Made by a program: the position numbers and the translations under genes. DNA of 17,711 bases. Origin: Octopus sinensis. Taxonomy: Eukaryota. The stretch covers positions 1 to 17,711 of the forward strand of contig NW_021824770.1 of NCBI RefSeq assembly GCF_006345805.1, written 5' to 3'. Positions 1 to 10,459 of this stretch are shown here, piece after piece (positions within the stretch are counted from its first letter, which is position 1; every line of letters starts with the position of its first letter). The notes beneath the pieces were generated by a model that was given only the letters and a program-made list of their open reading frames with translations, was not told where the DNA came from and did no database searches.

Positions 1-44
1 AAGAGAAGGAGAAGCGCCAGAGGATAAAATCATAAACTGCTGCA

Positions 45-96
45 GATGATGATGATGATGATGATGATGATGACGATGACGATGACGATGACGATG

Positions 97-130
<34 letters not shown>

Positions 131-150
131 TATTATTATTATTAATTATA
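45..150. repeat. Compound microsatellite (GAT)n(GAC)n(ATT)n
   Basis: Read directly from the sequence. Confidence 0.95.
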
Positions 151-652
151 TTGAGTGAGAGAGCAGTTCTGCCATCAAAGTGACACTGGGGTAAAATATA
201 CGAAGCCCAATATACCCACCATGACTACCGTCTGATAAGGGTACAATAGGCACATGCATCACAACCATATGTGCGCGACATGGTGATCTCATATCAAGAT
301 AAACAGCACATGACCTTGCAGGTAGGGCCCAATTAGAATTTTCTTCAGGTTGAGTAGCCCATCCCACTCAAAAGGTCCCTGAATAAGGGTTGTTTAAGGA
401 TGTTGAAAGAACCACCCATGTTCCAGAGGTGAATTATTCAAACCCCAAAGAATCCCTCTCAACACATGGCTATGATGCTCCCCCCACTACTTCTGCTCGT
501 TATCAGAGATGAGCACATCGTCAGCCACTAAGGGACATGCTCAAGTGGTTACGGTCAAACAGCTGACAAGCAAATCTGTGGTATGAGCAGAATATTTGCT
601 GTAGCCCATCTTTTATACCAAGACAAAACAATGTACATGATAACCTTTCCAA
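151..652 (-). mobile_element. 3' segment of a non-LTR retroelement (LINE 3'UTR or SINE) with (AAT)n tail, 5'-truncated
   Basis: Higher-GC block bounded on both sides by (ATT)n and non-coding. I recognise it from memory as a common octopus interspersed repeat whose minus strand ends ...ctctcactc-aataataat. Family not assigned. Confidence 0.65.
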
Positions 653-653
653 A

Positions 654-694
<41 letters not shown>

Positions 695-714
695 CATTAT
701 TATTATTATTATTA

Positions 715-762
<48 letters not shown>
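654..762. repeat. (ATT)n microsatellite
   Basis: Read directly from the sequence. Confidence 0.95.
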
Positions 763-763
<1 letters not shown>

Positions 764-771
764 CCAGATAC

Positions 772-910
772 TGATTGGTAGAATACTTAGAGTGCCAGAT
801 TACAAACCTAATAGTATACCGTTAATGCCCTTAACTTTCTGAATTCAAATCCCGCCAAAATGTTCGTCTTCGCTTTTCGTCCTTCTAGGTCTTGATAGAA
901 TAAAATTAAA
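772..910 (+). mobile_element. Highly diverged tRNA-derived SINE head (family B type)
   Basis: ttctgaattcaaatcccgcc..cttttcgtccttctagg..gatagaataa aligns by eye with ttctgagttcaaattccgcc..cctttcatcctttcgggg..gataaataa of the young copy at 14919-15140. B-box-like sequence at about 838-855. Confidence 0.5.
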
Positions 911-1550
911 TTAAATACATGTACTCGTGGAGTGGGGGAGGTGGAAAGAAATCTGAGCAACTACACCATCTTGCCATCTTTCCCGAAATGTAATAACCTT
1001 GTTCTTCCGTTGAAAACCATTATAATTCTAAAGGCGAGAAAAAAAAAAGAAAAATGTAAAAATAAACAATATAATATAAAATACAAATAAAAACAAACGT
1101 AAAACTTTTCTCAGGTCATTCACATGTATTGTGTTGTGAAGGGAGGAAGAAAACGGAAACCAGCAGACGATAAAATGTTTGATACACTATCGTCTGATGT
1201 TTAGTGTTTTTACTTGAACGATGTCTTTGGCATAGTATCTGCCATGTTTATTTTGATCTTATTAACTACTGGGCTTTTTTCCAACATTTGTAACCCCCAT
1301 ACTTCTAACATTGTCTTCGTAATAAGCCAGCGTATTATTTCGACCGTAAAATATCACACTAACTCAGGGTTTTGATTATAATCAAGGGAGACAGAACTCG
1401 AAGCGGTATACTTCTTAAGCTGAGAAATAAAATAAAATGGAATCAAATAAAATATAAATAAAAATGAAAACTATTTTTTAAAAATGGCCGCTTGATCTTA
1501 GGAGGATTCGAAGCCGAAAGAAATCAGTGAAACATTTAAAGTGTATAACG

Positions 1551-1606
1551 CGTGTGTATGTGTGTGTGTGAGAGAGAGTGTGTGTATGTGTGTGAGTATG
1601 TGTGTA

Positions 1607-1642
<36 letters not shown>

Positions 1643-1795
1643 TTTAAATGCTCATTTATATTTAGTGCGTTTGTATCTATGTGTCTATTTGTATGCGTTT
1701 GTATGTGAAGATGTGTTTGTGTATGTGTATGTATGTGTGTCTGTGTGCATCTATATGTGTGTCTGTGCATGTGTGTAAGTTTGTGTGTGTGTGTT
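1551..1795. repeat. (TG)n/(AG)n compound microsatellite
   Basis: Read directly from the sequence. Confidence 0.9.
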
Positions 1796-2374
1796 TTCGT
1801 TTCCTTGCAGCGTTCGACGAATATTGTTAAATGTCTGATGATAGCTTGATAAAAACAGGACGATATTGGAACCTGTCCAAGGTAAGAGAAATTAACTGAA
1901 GAAACGGAACATTGCTTTCATCATAGTTTCTGCGCGTTTTCAGATCATGTGAAAATAAAATTAAAGATTAAAATATTATATCTCTAAGAAATACAAATCT
2001 TAGAGATAAGGAAAGAAGAAAAAAATTTGGCCTCGAAATAAAGACAAAAACATAGAAGGAAATAAATAAAAAGTTTACTAAACGTTTGACGCTAATTGAC
2101 TTCGATCGAGAAACTTTTCTTTTAGCTGTCTTTGCCCGAAATTTTACCTGTCAACTATGATATAGCGAATCTCTTTTTGATGGAAATATCAATGGCTCTC
2201 GTTGTTATGTGTTATGCGTTTTGTATGGTTGTTGTTAATGCTGGTGGTGGTGGTGGTAGTCGTGGTAGTCGTGGTGGTGCTGGTGGTCGTGGTGGCGGTA
2301 GTGTTTGTGTGATCGCTGTTGAGTTGTGTGACACGACAAACCAATGTTCAAAAGTGAATCTCTTTAGACGTACG

Positions 2375-2739
2375 CATGTATATGTGTATGTGATCATATA
2401 TATATATATGTGTGTATGTGAGAGAGAGAGAGAGAGAGTGCGTATGTGTGCATGCGTGTGTGTGTGAGATGCATACATTTATATAAAACATAAACACATG
2501 TATGAATGCATACATATATATTTATACATGTGCATATATGTATATATATATATATATATATAATATATATATATATATGTGTGTGTGTAAATATTTGTAT
2601 GTATGAACAGATATATATGGTGTGCAAATAAATATGTATATAATATATATATCTATATATATATATATATATTATATATAAATATTTGTATGTACGAACA
2701 GATATATAATATATGTGCGCGTTTGGTGTATGAGTACAT

Positions 2740-2771
<32 letters not shown>

Positions 2772-2806
2772 AGCATATATACATATGTATATATATATGT
2801 TTGTGT

Positions 2807-2878
<72 letters not shown>

Positions 2879-2898
2879 TATGTATATATATGTATCTG

Positions 2899-2974
<76 letters not shown>

Positions 2975-2990
2975 TCCTGTATGTATGTAG
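2375..2990. repeat. (TA)n/(TG)n/(AG)n low-complexity block with a 29-bp local duplication (2589-2617 and 2680-2708)
   Basis: Read directly; aaatatttgtatgta(t/c)gaacagatatata occurs twice, 91 bp apart. Confidence 0.9.
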
Positions 2991-3616
2991 GTATGCATAT
3001 AAATGGAGAGGATGGATGGCTATCTGTAAATAATTATGTCCCACGATAACTCCAAATCGGTAATTAGCTTCAGCGTTTTTAAATCGGGAGATCAAAATGG
3101 AGGCCATGCTGATAATCACGTAACACAGACATGGTTTTCCAGAACATTCTGGTCTTTTACATTTTCTATTACACACACACACACAACGCGTATATATACA
3201 CTCATAACAAACACACAGAGACACACGTACATGTACACACGTATTTCCCTGGAATGAAGAAACGTATTAGTGTAGGAGTGAACTCCAGTTCATGACCGTA
3301 ACTTGTTTCACCGACATTTCTTGCTGGACAGATTAACAGAAATGGTGACCCCCCGGCTACGTGACATCACAACTTTGATACGTGGAACTAAATACTGAAC
3401 GTTCTTCACTTCATCCTCACTTCATCGTTCACAGTTCCGTCGATTTTTTTTTTTTGTTTTTATTTAGTTTTTCCTTATTTGTTGTTATTTCTTTTAATAC
3501 TAATGTTTTGGTCGCTACTAACGTACGATATGTATTTTCTTCTAATGTACGCGCTGGCCAAAGTTGACTTTGTATCACGACGAAGGATATTCTTACCCAT
3601 GATGCAGTACTACGCA

Positions 3617-4036
3617 CTTACTTACTTTACTTTTACTTTTACTTGTTTCAGTCATTTGACTGCGGCCATGCTGGAGCACCGCCTTTAGTCGAGCAAATCG
3701 ACCCCGGGACTTATTCTTTGTAAGCCCAGTACTTATTCTATCGGTCTCTTTTTGCCGAACCGCTAAGTGACGGGGACGTAAACACACCAGCATCGGTTGT
3801 CAAGCAATGCTAGGGGGACACAAACACAGACATACAAAACACATACATACACATATATATATATATACATACATACATACGACAGGCTTCTTTCAGTTTC
3901 CGTCTACCAAATCCACTCACAAGGCTTTGGTCGACCCGAGGCTATAGTAGAAGACATTTGCCCAAGATGCCACGCAGTGGGACTGAACCCGGAACCATAT
4001 GGTTCATAAGCAAGCTTCTTACCACACAGCTACTCC
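3617..4036 (-). mobile_element. Full-length tRNA-derived SINE, family A (internal TA/TG microsatellite, AAGT-type tail)
   Basis: The reverse complement starts ggagtagctgtgtggtaag (A-box-like), has ggttcagtccc (B-box-like), and closely matches the + copy at 15410-15820 along its whole length. Confidence 0.9.
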
Positions 4037-4132
4037 TGCGCTTTTATTTTTGTTTCGCTTTTATTTTTGTTTTGGTTTCGTTTTGCTTTCGGAACACCAG
4101 TAGTTAATATATCTCCAAGGTCCACGTCTTGT

Positions 4133-4250
4133 GGAAGCGCATGGTCTATAAGTTACGATGCTGCGCTCACGATTGCCAAATCATGGATTTGATTCCCCAA
4201 CCGGGCGGCATGTTGTGTTCTTGAGCGAAACACTTCATTTCACGCCGTTC
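4133..4250 (+). mobile_element. Degenerate tRNA-derived SINE head related to family C
   Basis: ggaagcgcatggtc..gattccccaaccgggcg..gtgttcttgagcgaaacac matches the head of the copy at 10081-10365 (ggaggcgcaatggtc..gattcccagaccgggcg..gtgtttattgagcgaaaacac). Confidence 0.6.
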
Positions 4251-4482
4251 TAGTACTGTGTAAGAACCGGCTTGCAAAAGAATAAACGTCTGTGCATCGT
4301 AAAAAGCTAAAAGCGGTTAAGGTAGGATCTCACCTCCGACCTCGTAAGACCCTCGCCAATAATGACTACCCAAACGGGTTGGAGGGTTGTCGCCTAAGTG
4401 GTGCAAAGGTGTCATCTGCCAGGAGTAAAGGATTACCAACAAACGGTAGATACAGGGGCACGCTATTACAGTGCATACCTCA

Positions 4483-4493
4483 TACTACTACTA

Positions 4494-4538
<45 letters not shown>

Positions 4539-4591
4539 TACTACTACTACTACTTCTACAACTACTACTACTACTTCTACTACTACTACTT

Positions 4592-4664
<73 letters not shown>

Positions 4665-4668
4665 ACTT

Positions 4669-4703
<35 letters not shown>
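4483..4703. repeat. (CTA)n microsatellite with CTT interruptions
   Basis: Read directly; source of the poly-L/Y/T ORFs. Confidence 0.95.
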
Positions 4704-4704
<1 letters not shown>

Positions 4705-5330
4705 CACGTCGACCAATATATTTGGAGAAGGAATATTCCTACCCAAGCAGGAAGGCCTGGGCAATTTTACTTTTCTTCTGAAAACCTGCAGTTATACAGT
4801 TACATATTTTTAAGGTCCACGTCACTCAGAAATAACTACGTTTCTGGATCAGAAATATTCGTACTCAAGAATGCTGGAGCGAACTTTATTTAGTTAATAA
4901 ACTAGTTCTAAAATCTTTAAGAGATGAACGCAGTAGCTGTACTGGCAAGTAACGTTTGTCGCCATTTTAACATGGCTGTTCCGTTCGAACGGACGTTAAT
5001 GCGATTTTTGTTGACCCCAAAGAACATTTCCTCTTGCCGGTTAACGATACAGCCTGCATCCGATATACTGCGAGTAGGGGAGCGAACCCCAATCACCTTC
5101 TAGCGACGGGCCCAGTTGACTAGCTGGTTTATTTAGTCATTTTCTTTTTGTATGGAACACCAGCAGTTAAATATTTCCAAGGTCGACATCGGCCAGACTT
5201 AGCCATATATCTCGACAAGGAACGTTCCTCCCCAGAATGAAGGACTGAATGATTTTTTTTGTTTTTGTATTGAACAGTTGACCACTCGGTAATCTCCCCT
5301 TTCTGTGTTAGTTTCGGCTTGGTCACTTTC

Positions 5331-5395
5331 GGTAGAATATCTGAGGAAGGCGACCAAGCCGAAACAGTCTCTGTATTATACACTCTAATAACCAA
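5331..5395 (+). ncRNA. Candidate type I hammerhead ribozyme (Penelope-like element/retrozyme type)
   Basis: Core CUGAGGA at 5341-5347 with an extra A at 5348. Stem II GGC/GCC with a GACCAA loop, then GAA at 5361-5363. Stem III ACAG/CUGU with a 3-nt loop, and GUA cleavage triplet at 5373-5375. Stem I is weak: a U.U pair, 3 bp, a bulge, then 4 bp. Confidence 0.5.
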
Positions 5396-5621
5396 ATATT
5401 CTGTAGCACCACAAATTCTGGTGAAGTGATAATGCAGGTTCTACCTGTATCGCCTCGTTAATTTAATTAAGTATTTTATTTTAATTATAACTGCCAATAA
5501 ATACATTTCTTTGCACGAAATATTTCATAAACAGTTCTACTGAAAAATTCTTAGCAAGATTTCAAAGAAAAGAACAGAAACCGTGAGAGAATTGTTATAG
5601 ATATACCGAGTGAAAGAATAT

Positions 5622-5649
5622 GATGTTTCGGGCGTTTGTCTTTCATCAG
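5622..5649 (-). other. Decayed hammerhead-like core (ctgatga-a-agac-aaac-gccc-gaaac-atc)
   Basis: CUGAUGA...GAAAC spacing is intact, but stem II has two mismatches and I found no stem I. Typical of a Penelope terminal-repeat remnant. Confidence 0.4.
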
Positions 5650-5953
5650 GAAGAGACAGAAAGACAGTATAAAAGGATTCATATAAGTGTTATCACCTCG
5701 GTCATATGATGACAAATGAAGAATAAAATGAAATAAAGCATTTAGATACTAAAGTGATATGGAAGAAAAGGGAAAGCCGATGAACAATGAGGGAATGGAG
5801 GAACGACATAGAGGGCGCAGCAGAGTTCCTTATATTGCAGTATAAGTACTGTACTTGGACTGTCTTGATTTATTTTCTCTAATTATGCTTTTAATTATTT
5901 ATTCATTTATTCACGTGAAAACGTGTTTTTTTTTTTGTCTTTGTGTGATTCAG

Positions 5954-6115
5954 GGTGCCAACAGCCATTTCATTCTAAGCGTTGAGAAAGATGGAAGAGA
6001 ATTCTTTGATATTACTCCTTTACCCCAAGAGGTTTTCGGTGAAGCCACAGTGATTCTTCGTGTAAACAACTCAGAAATGTTGGATTTTGAGAAAACAAAA
6101 GAAATCGATTTCCAG
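5954..6115 (+). CDS. CDHR1: Internal exon (162 nt, phase 0/0) of a CDHR1-like cadherin: GANSHFILSVEKDGREFFDITPLPQEVFGEATVILRVNNSEMLDFEKTKEIDFQ
   Basis: T-rich tract plus CAG acceptor at 5951-5953 and CAG|GTATTA donor at 6116. Open frame with the cadherin LDFE (LDRE-type) motif. Joins in frame to 9041. It resembles recalled human CDHR1 GANAKFNL..PQTVLNEAQV..VENSAAIDFEKSK. The exon call is firm; the orthology name is less so (about 0.6). Confidence 0.92.
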
Positions 6116-6268
6116 GTATTAATTGTTTAGCTTTTAACAAATTAAATGTTGTTTTTTTTTCTTTAAACTGCAGCATTACTATTATTATTATTATTATTAC
6201 TATTATCGTTGTTGTTACTATTACTATCATAATTATCACTGTTTGCCATTATTATTATTATTATTATA

Positions 6269-6301
<33 letters not shown>

Positions 6302-7011
6302 TTCTACATTATGTGTATAGTTGTTTTACGTTGTATGTATGTGTGTTAGAAAGCGAGAGAGTGTGCCAAGACAAAATGGTGTTTATTGAAAGAGATAAAA
6401 ATTCAATAGCACCGAATTAAAACCGCATGCATATTTATAAATATGCAAGACTCACAGGACGTTAGAACATTATCGTATAATAAACGATGACCTGATATTA
6501 TTTCAAATCAGGAATTTTATTATATTCATTATTTTTATTTATATTTATTTTTATTTATTCGTTTATTTTTGTTTGTTTGTTTGCTTTTGTAATTATGTAT
6601 TTTAAATGCTCTCTTTTGTTTTATTTCGTTTTTTTTTCACTTTTGTTTGTTGTTTGTTGTTTTTTGGTTTTTGTTGGTGTTTTTTTGTTTGTTTTTTTTT
6701 TTCAATTTTTATGTCAATCCAAACAGTTAATCTAAGAATTGGTGTTTTATTCAATTTTAAAAAGCTACTGTTTGGTATTGATTATTTTTTGCAAAAACAA
6801 ACACTATTCAAGATTTATTGAAATACTTCTGCCAAAGGGTCGGGATTTAAAGTGACATGTTGGCACCTGACCGAAATAGAAAGATTCTTTAGTGCTTTTT
6901 AATTGTTACTTCGGATGTGTCTATATCTTTCTCTCTGTCTTCAAATTGTGAAGAATTTTGTTGATGTAGGATTTGTTGCTTTTCTTGTTGTTATTCTTAT
7001 TGCTTCTTCTG

Positions 7012-7043
<32 letters not shown>

Positions 7044-8151
7044 GATGCTGTAGTTGTTGTTGCTGTTGTTGTTGTTTAGCTTTCATGATAGAATAAATCA
7101 AGAGATCGCTCTATTTCTTCGAATAAAATAATTTTTATATCCGGCTAATAACACTAAGGTCAACAAAGCATCACGGGAACTATTTATCCTTCATTTTAAT
7201 CGTCGTTCTCTTAATGTTTTCTTCAGTTTTACAACTGCTGGCTTCGAAGAACCAAAGCACCATTCGTCACTTAATGTCTCTAATATCTTTACTATGATCT
7301 ATTATTAGTGATTACAGCTTGACTCCAAGTTTATTAGGCCTCGTCAGCTTCAGTTGTTCTTTTTATATTTTCTAGTTGCATTATCGTTATTAAGCCAGCT
7401 TTGTTTAATAGAAATTTTACAAATAATGATATTCTTTCTGGGGTGTTTTTTAGTTCAGTCAAAGAAGGAATCACAATACCCACGGCATTTTTTCAAACGC
7501 CTCCGTGACTCGTGAGGTGAGAGTCGGAGGAAGGCACCACAAGACGTGGATTGCTGCAATTGGAAAAATGGCATCGTCATAACAATTCTTCCCGAAACCG
7601 TAAAATTGACCCCTAAAGCTTGCAATTGTATAGTTTCAGCGAATGGCATAGAGCGGTCATATGGCGGTGGCGTTAAACAAAGTGATAGGCTAAGCTTACC
7701 ACTCAAAAACAGTCAGTTCATTTGTTGGGCTTCCACACAGGTTTCCGTTTACTAAATTTTAACCGAGGGAGCCAATGCTGTGGTAGATTGCGAAGTTGTA
7801 AATCACACAATTTTAGTCGTGCACCAGAACGATCTCAATGAAGAAACAACTAGAAGTGAATATAGAAATATGTTATTAAATAAACGGCTCCATTTAGAAT
7901 AAATATTTTTCTATTTATCGGGAAACGACGCCATTTGATCCGTAAGCAATACGCCATTTTTAAAAGTTAGGACGAAAGGAAAATATTTCATTTTATTACA
8001 AAATAATATTTTAGGGGAGGAAAAGAAAATTGCCAAATATTATTAACTTTCAACAACATCATTTTAGTAATTTAAGTGTCATTATTATCTTTATACTTCA
8101 GGATGTGATATTTTGTCAGTTAAACACACGCACTATACATTCGGTCTTCAT

Positions 8152-8169
8152 TATAATTATTATTTATTA

Positions 8170-8204
<35 letters not shown>

Positions 8205-8249
8205 TCATCATCATCATCATCATCATCATCAGCATCAGCATCAGCATCA

Positions 8250-8283
<34 letters not shown>
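8152..8283. repeat. Compound (TTA)n(TCA)n(GCATCA)n(TTA)n microsatellite
   Basis: Read directly from the sequence. Confidence 0.9.
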
Positions 8284-8284
<1 letters not shown>

Positions 8285-9040
8285 TTACTTTCTTTGTCAA
8301 AGCTCTTTCGTCATACGTCATGTGACCTCATCTTCAATTCTTTCTCCCATGTGTCTCTTCTTCTTGTTCTGCTTATTCCATTTATATTATCTTCACTACA
8401 GTAATATTAGAATCTGTTCATTTTTATTGAGACAACTGTTTAAGTTTTGGTGCAAAAGGAGGTTTGTGGATAGGGATCTTTCAGAACTAGATGATATCAG
8501 GTTCAATCCCACTTTGACTTGTTTACTTTACTGATGATTGATTGATTGATTGACTAATTGACTGATTGATTAAGAGTTATACATGTACTTGTGTGTGTCT
8601 GTAATTGTTAAAGAGGACAACAAACATTAAGGCAAGGCAAACATCTCAAGTCGTATACAATATTATTATTGGAAAAAATTCAAAATCTTAACAGCTGTTT
8701 CTGGGATATCAGCGAGTATGAGACAAATGGGGGAAAATAAGGAAAATGAGAAGGATATATATTAATGAGATGACGACATAGAGAATGGGATTAAAAGAAT
8801 AAGGAGATGGAGAGAAAGAAGAAAAAAGAATCATAAAAGTTCATAGCTCAACTTTCCAAAGTTGTAGAAACAATCCTGCGTAGATCCATAAACGTAAGTA
8901 TATATATGTATATCGTTTCCCCTGACACCTGAATATTTTACTATTAATGTTGTCGCTGTCTCTCACATACACACTCTCTCTCTCTTTCTTTTTCTCTTTC
9001 GCTTTAACATGCTCTCTCTTCTTCACTTTCTATTATTCAG

Positions 9041-9205
9041 GTCGTGGCCCGGGAAGTGGACACACCGGAGAAGCGTTCGAGTTCAGCAACAGTCTTGCTG
9101 AAAATCCAAGATATGAATGACAATGCACCGGTGTTTAGGAGCGATACCTATGATCTGCATGTGAAGGAAAATGCTCGGATCGGAACTGTGATATCGCAAA
9201 TAACG
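9041..9205 (+). CDS. CDHR1: Internal exon (165 nt, phase 0/0) of the same cadherin: VVAREVDTPEKRSSSATVLLKIQDMNDNAPVFRSDTYDLHVKENARIGTVISQIT
   Basis: Long CT tract plus TTCAG acceptor ending 9040 and ACG|GTATGT donor at 9206. Contains the Ca2+-binding DxNDN (DMNDN) and ENA motifs. It resembles recalled CDHR1 [32 protein letters not shown]. Confidence 0.95.
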
Positions 9206-9261
9206 GTATGTCCAAGATCTCTTACTCTACACTAGTCATCAACACAAACCTTCTGTATTCA

Positions 9262-9561
9262 GATAGAATGGAAAGATTAAAAATTGTGGTAGTGGTTGCT
9301 TTGCGCATTTCTCAATATGTTCACTAAATGCAATCTGTTGTCGATGCAGAGTGCATCTGCGTCTGAGCGATAATCCTGTGGACCCTATGTAGTTTTGGTG
9401 CCAGCCCGAGCATCTTATGACATAAATTAGGTTTTCTGAAGCACAAGTAAAATTAGACTTGATCTTGAATTGTTGTCCCTCTTTGAAGAGGAATTCTGAT
9501 CCTTCTAGAAGATTTGGGCATGTTACGCAGTTTGGTCTACCGCGTTTTTTTTTTGCGGTAG
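9262..9561 (-). mobile_element. Penelope-like element fragment: Cys-rich linker plus GIY-YIG endonuclease (inverted 5' segment)
   Basis: Translation GRPNCVTCPNL..NFTCASENLIYVIRCSGWHQNYIGSTGLSLRRRCTLHRQQI..SEH..QPLPQFLIFPFY has the xIY/YIG/R/H pattern characteristic of PLE GIY-YIG domains. Confidence 0.88.
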
Positions 9562-9948
9562 ACCACAATTTTTAATATTTCCATTCTATCAATGTGCTAT
9601 TGGAACACCAACACAAATTAGATTAAACAAGCAAACATTCTTCATTGAAAAATATAAACCAAAACTTAACCATTTCTAACATTTTTATACAAGGAAACTC
9701 ATCTCATTGAAAAAAAATATAAACCGATTATCTCCCTTATACAGAAAGAAATCCCTGATTACCTTCCCCTGCATAGAACTCTTCACTTCATAACGAAGAC
9801 ATGACACGATGTAGGTAAAGAAATTTGAGAAATTTGAAAAGAAAATACGAAACCAGTATTTCTCCAAAAACTATGTTACTATACACAAAATTTTATAACA
9901 TTTTTCTAACATAACGACTTAAATATATTCTTTAACCTTATACAGAAG
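9562..9948 (+). mobile_element. Penelope-like element 3' segment: ORF C-terminus PQFLIFPFYQCAIGTPTQIRLNKQTFFIEKYKPKLNHF* (stop 9677-9679) plus presumed 3'UTR
   Basis: Directly continues the minus-strand peptide and shows the typical PLE FI..Y.P.LN end. The right boundary is approximate. Confidence 0.75.
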
Positions 9949-10023
9949 CCTTCTGTAGTTTTTTCACTCTTTTTTATATTTTATACATCCAACCACGTGC
10001 TTTCACACACCAACTCTCTCACC

Positions 10024-10028
10024 TATAT

Positions 10029-10080
<52 letters not shown>
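10024..10080. repeat. (TA)n tail of the adjacent SINE
   Basis: Read directly from the sequence. Confidence 0.9.
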
Positions 10081-10084
<4 letters not shown>

Positions 10085-10364
10085 CGTGACCAACCAGGCT
10101 ATCAGATGTTCCTACACATCGCTGGTCACAATGCGCTTCGCATTGTTTTAGCCTTCAAATGATGCCACCCCGCTGGCTAAGCGAGCAGGCCAACAGAAGA
10201 AAGAGTGAGAGAAAGTTTTGGCGAAAGAGTACAGCAGGGATCGCCACCATCCCCTGCCGGAGCCTCGTGGATTTAGGTGTTTTCGCTCAATAAACACTCA
10301 CAACGCCCGGTCTGGGAATCGAAACCGCGAGTCCGCTGCCCTAAACACTGGACCATTGCGCCTC

Positions 10365-10365
<1 letters not shown>
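10081..10365 (-). mobile_element. tRNA-derived SINE, family C
   Basis: The reverse complement starts ggaggcgcaatggtccagtgtttaggg (A-box-like), has ggtttcgattccc (B-box-like) and ends in a (TA)n tail. Confidence 0.85.
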
Positions 10366-10393
<28 letters not shown>

Positions 10394-10398
<5 letters not shown>

Positions 10399-10430
10399 AC
10401 GGGCTTCTTTCAATTTCTATCTACCAATTT
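10394..10430 (-). mobile_element. Short internal fragment of SINE family A
   Basis: tacgacgggcttctttcaatttctatctaccaa matches 3878-3910 (tacgacaggcttctttcagtttccgtctaccaa). Confidence 0.7.
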
Positions 10431-10459
10431 ACTCTGTATATTATTCTTTTCTTCTCAAC

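Noticed and set aside
5129-5395. 88-aa minus-strand ORF
   Set aside because: No homology recognised; it overlaps the hairpin/hammerhead region, which explains the sequence better.
7455-7755. Overlapping 69-83 aa ORFs in a unique, higher-GC patch
   Set aside because: No recognisable domain. Exons 1 and 2 already join in frame without it. It could be an unrecognised repeat or conserved non-coding element, but I have no evidence either way.
7928-7959. Tandem acgccattt YY1/Pho-like motifs (similar at about 1480 and 4960)
   Set aside because: Short motifs expected by chance; there are no conservation or binding data.
9827-9865. Hammerhead-like remnant gagaaat-ttgaaaa-g..c-gaaac-ca-gta-tttctc in the Penelope 3' region
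   Set aside because: The core has two substitutions (TTGAAAA versus CUGANGA), stem II is 1 bp, and the stem I register leaves no unpaired cleavage base.
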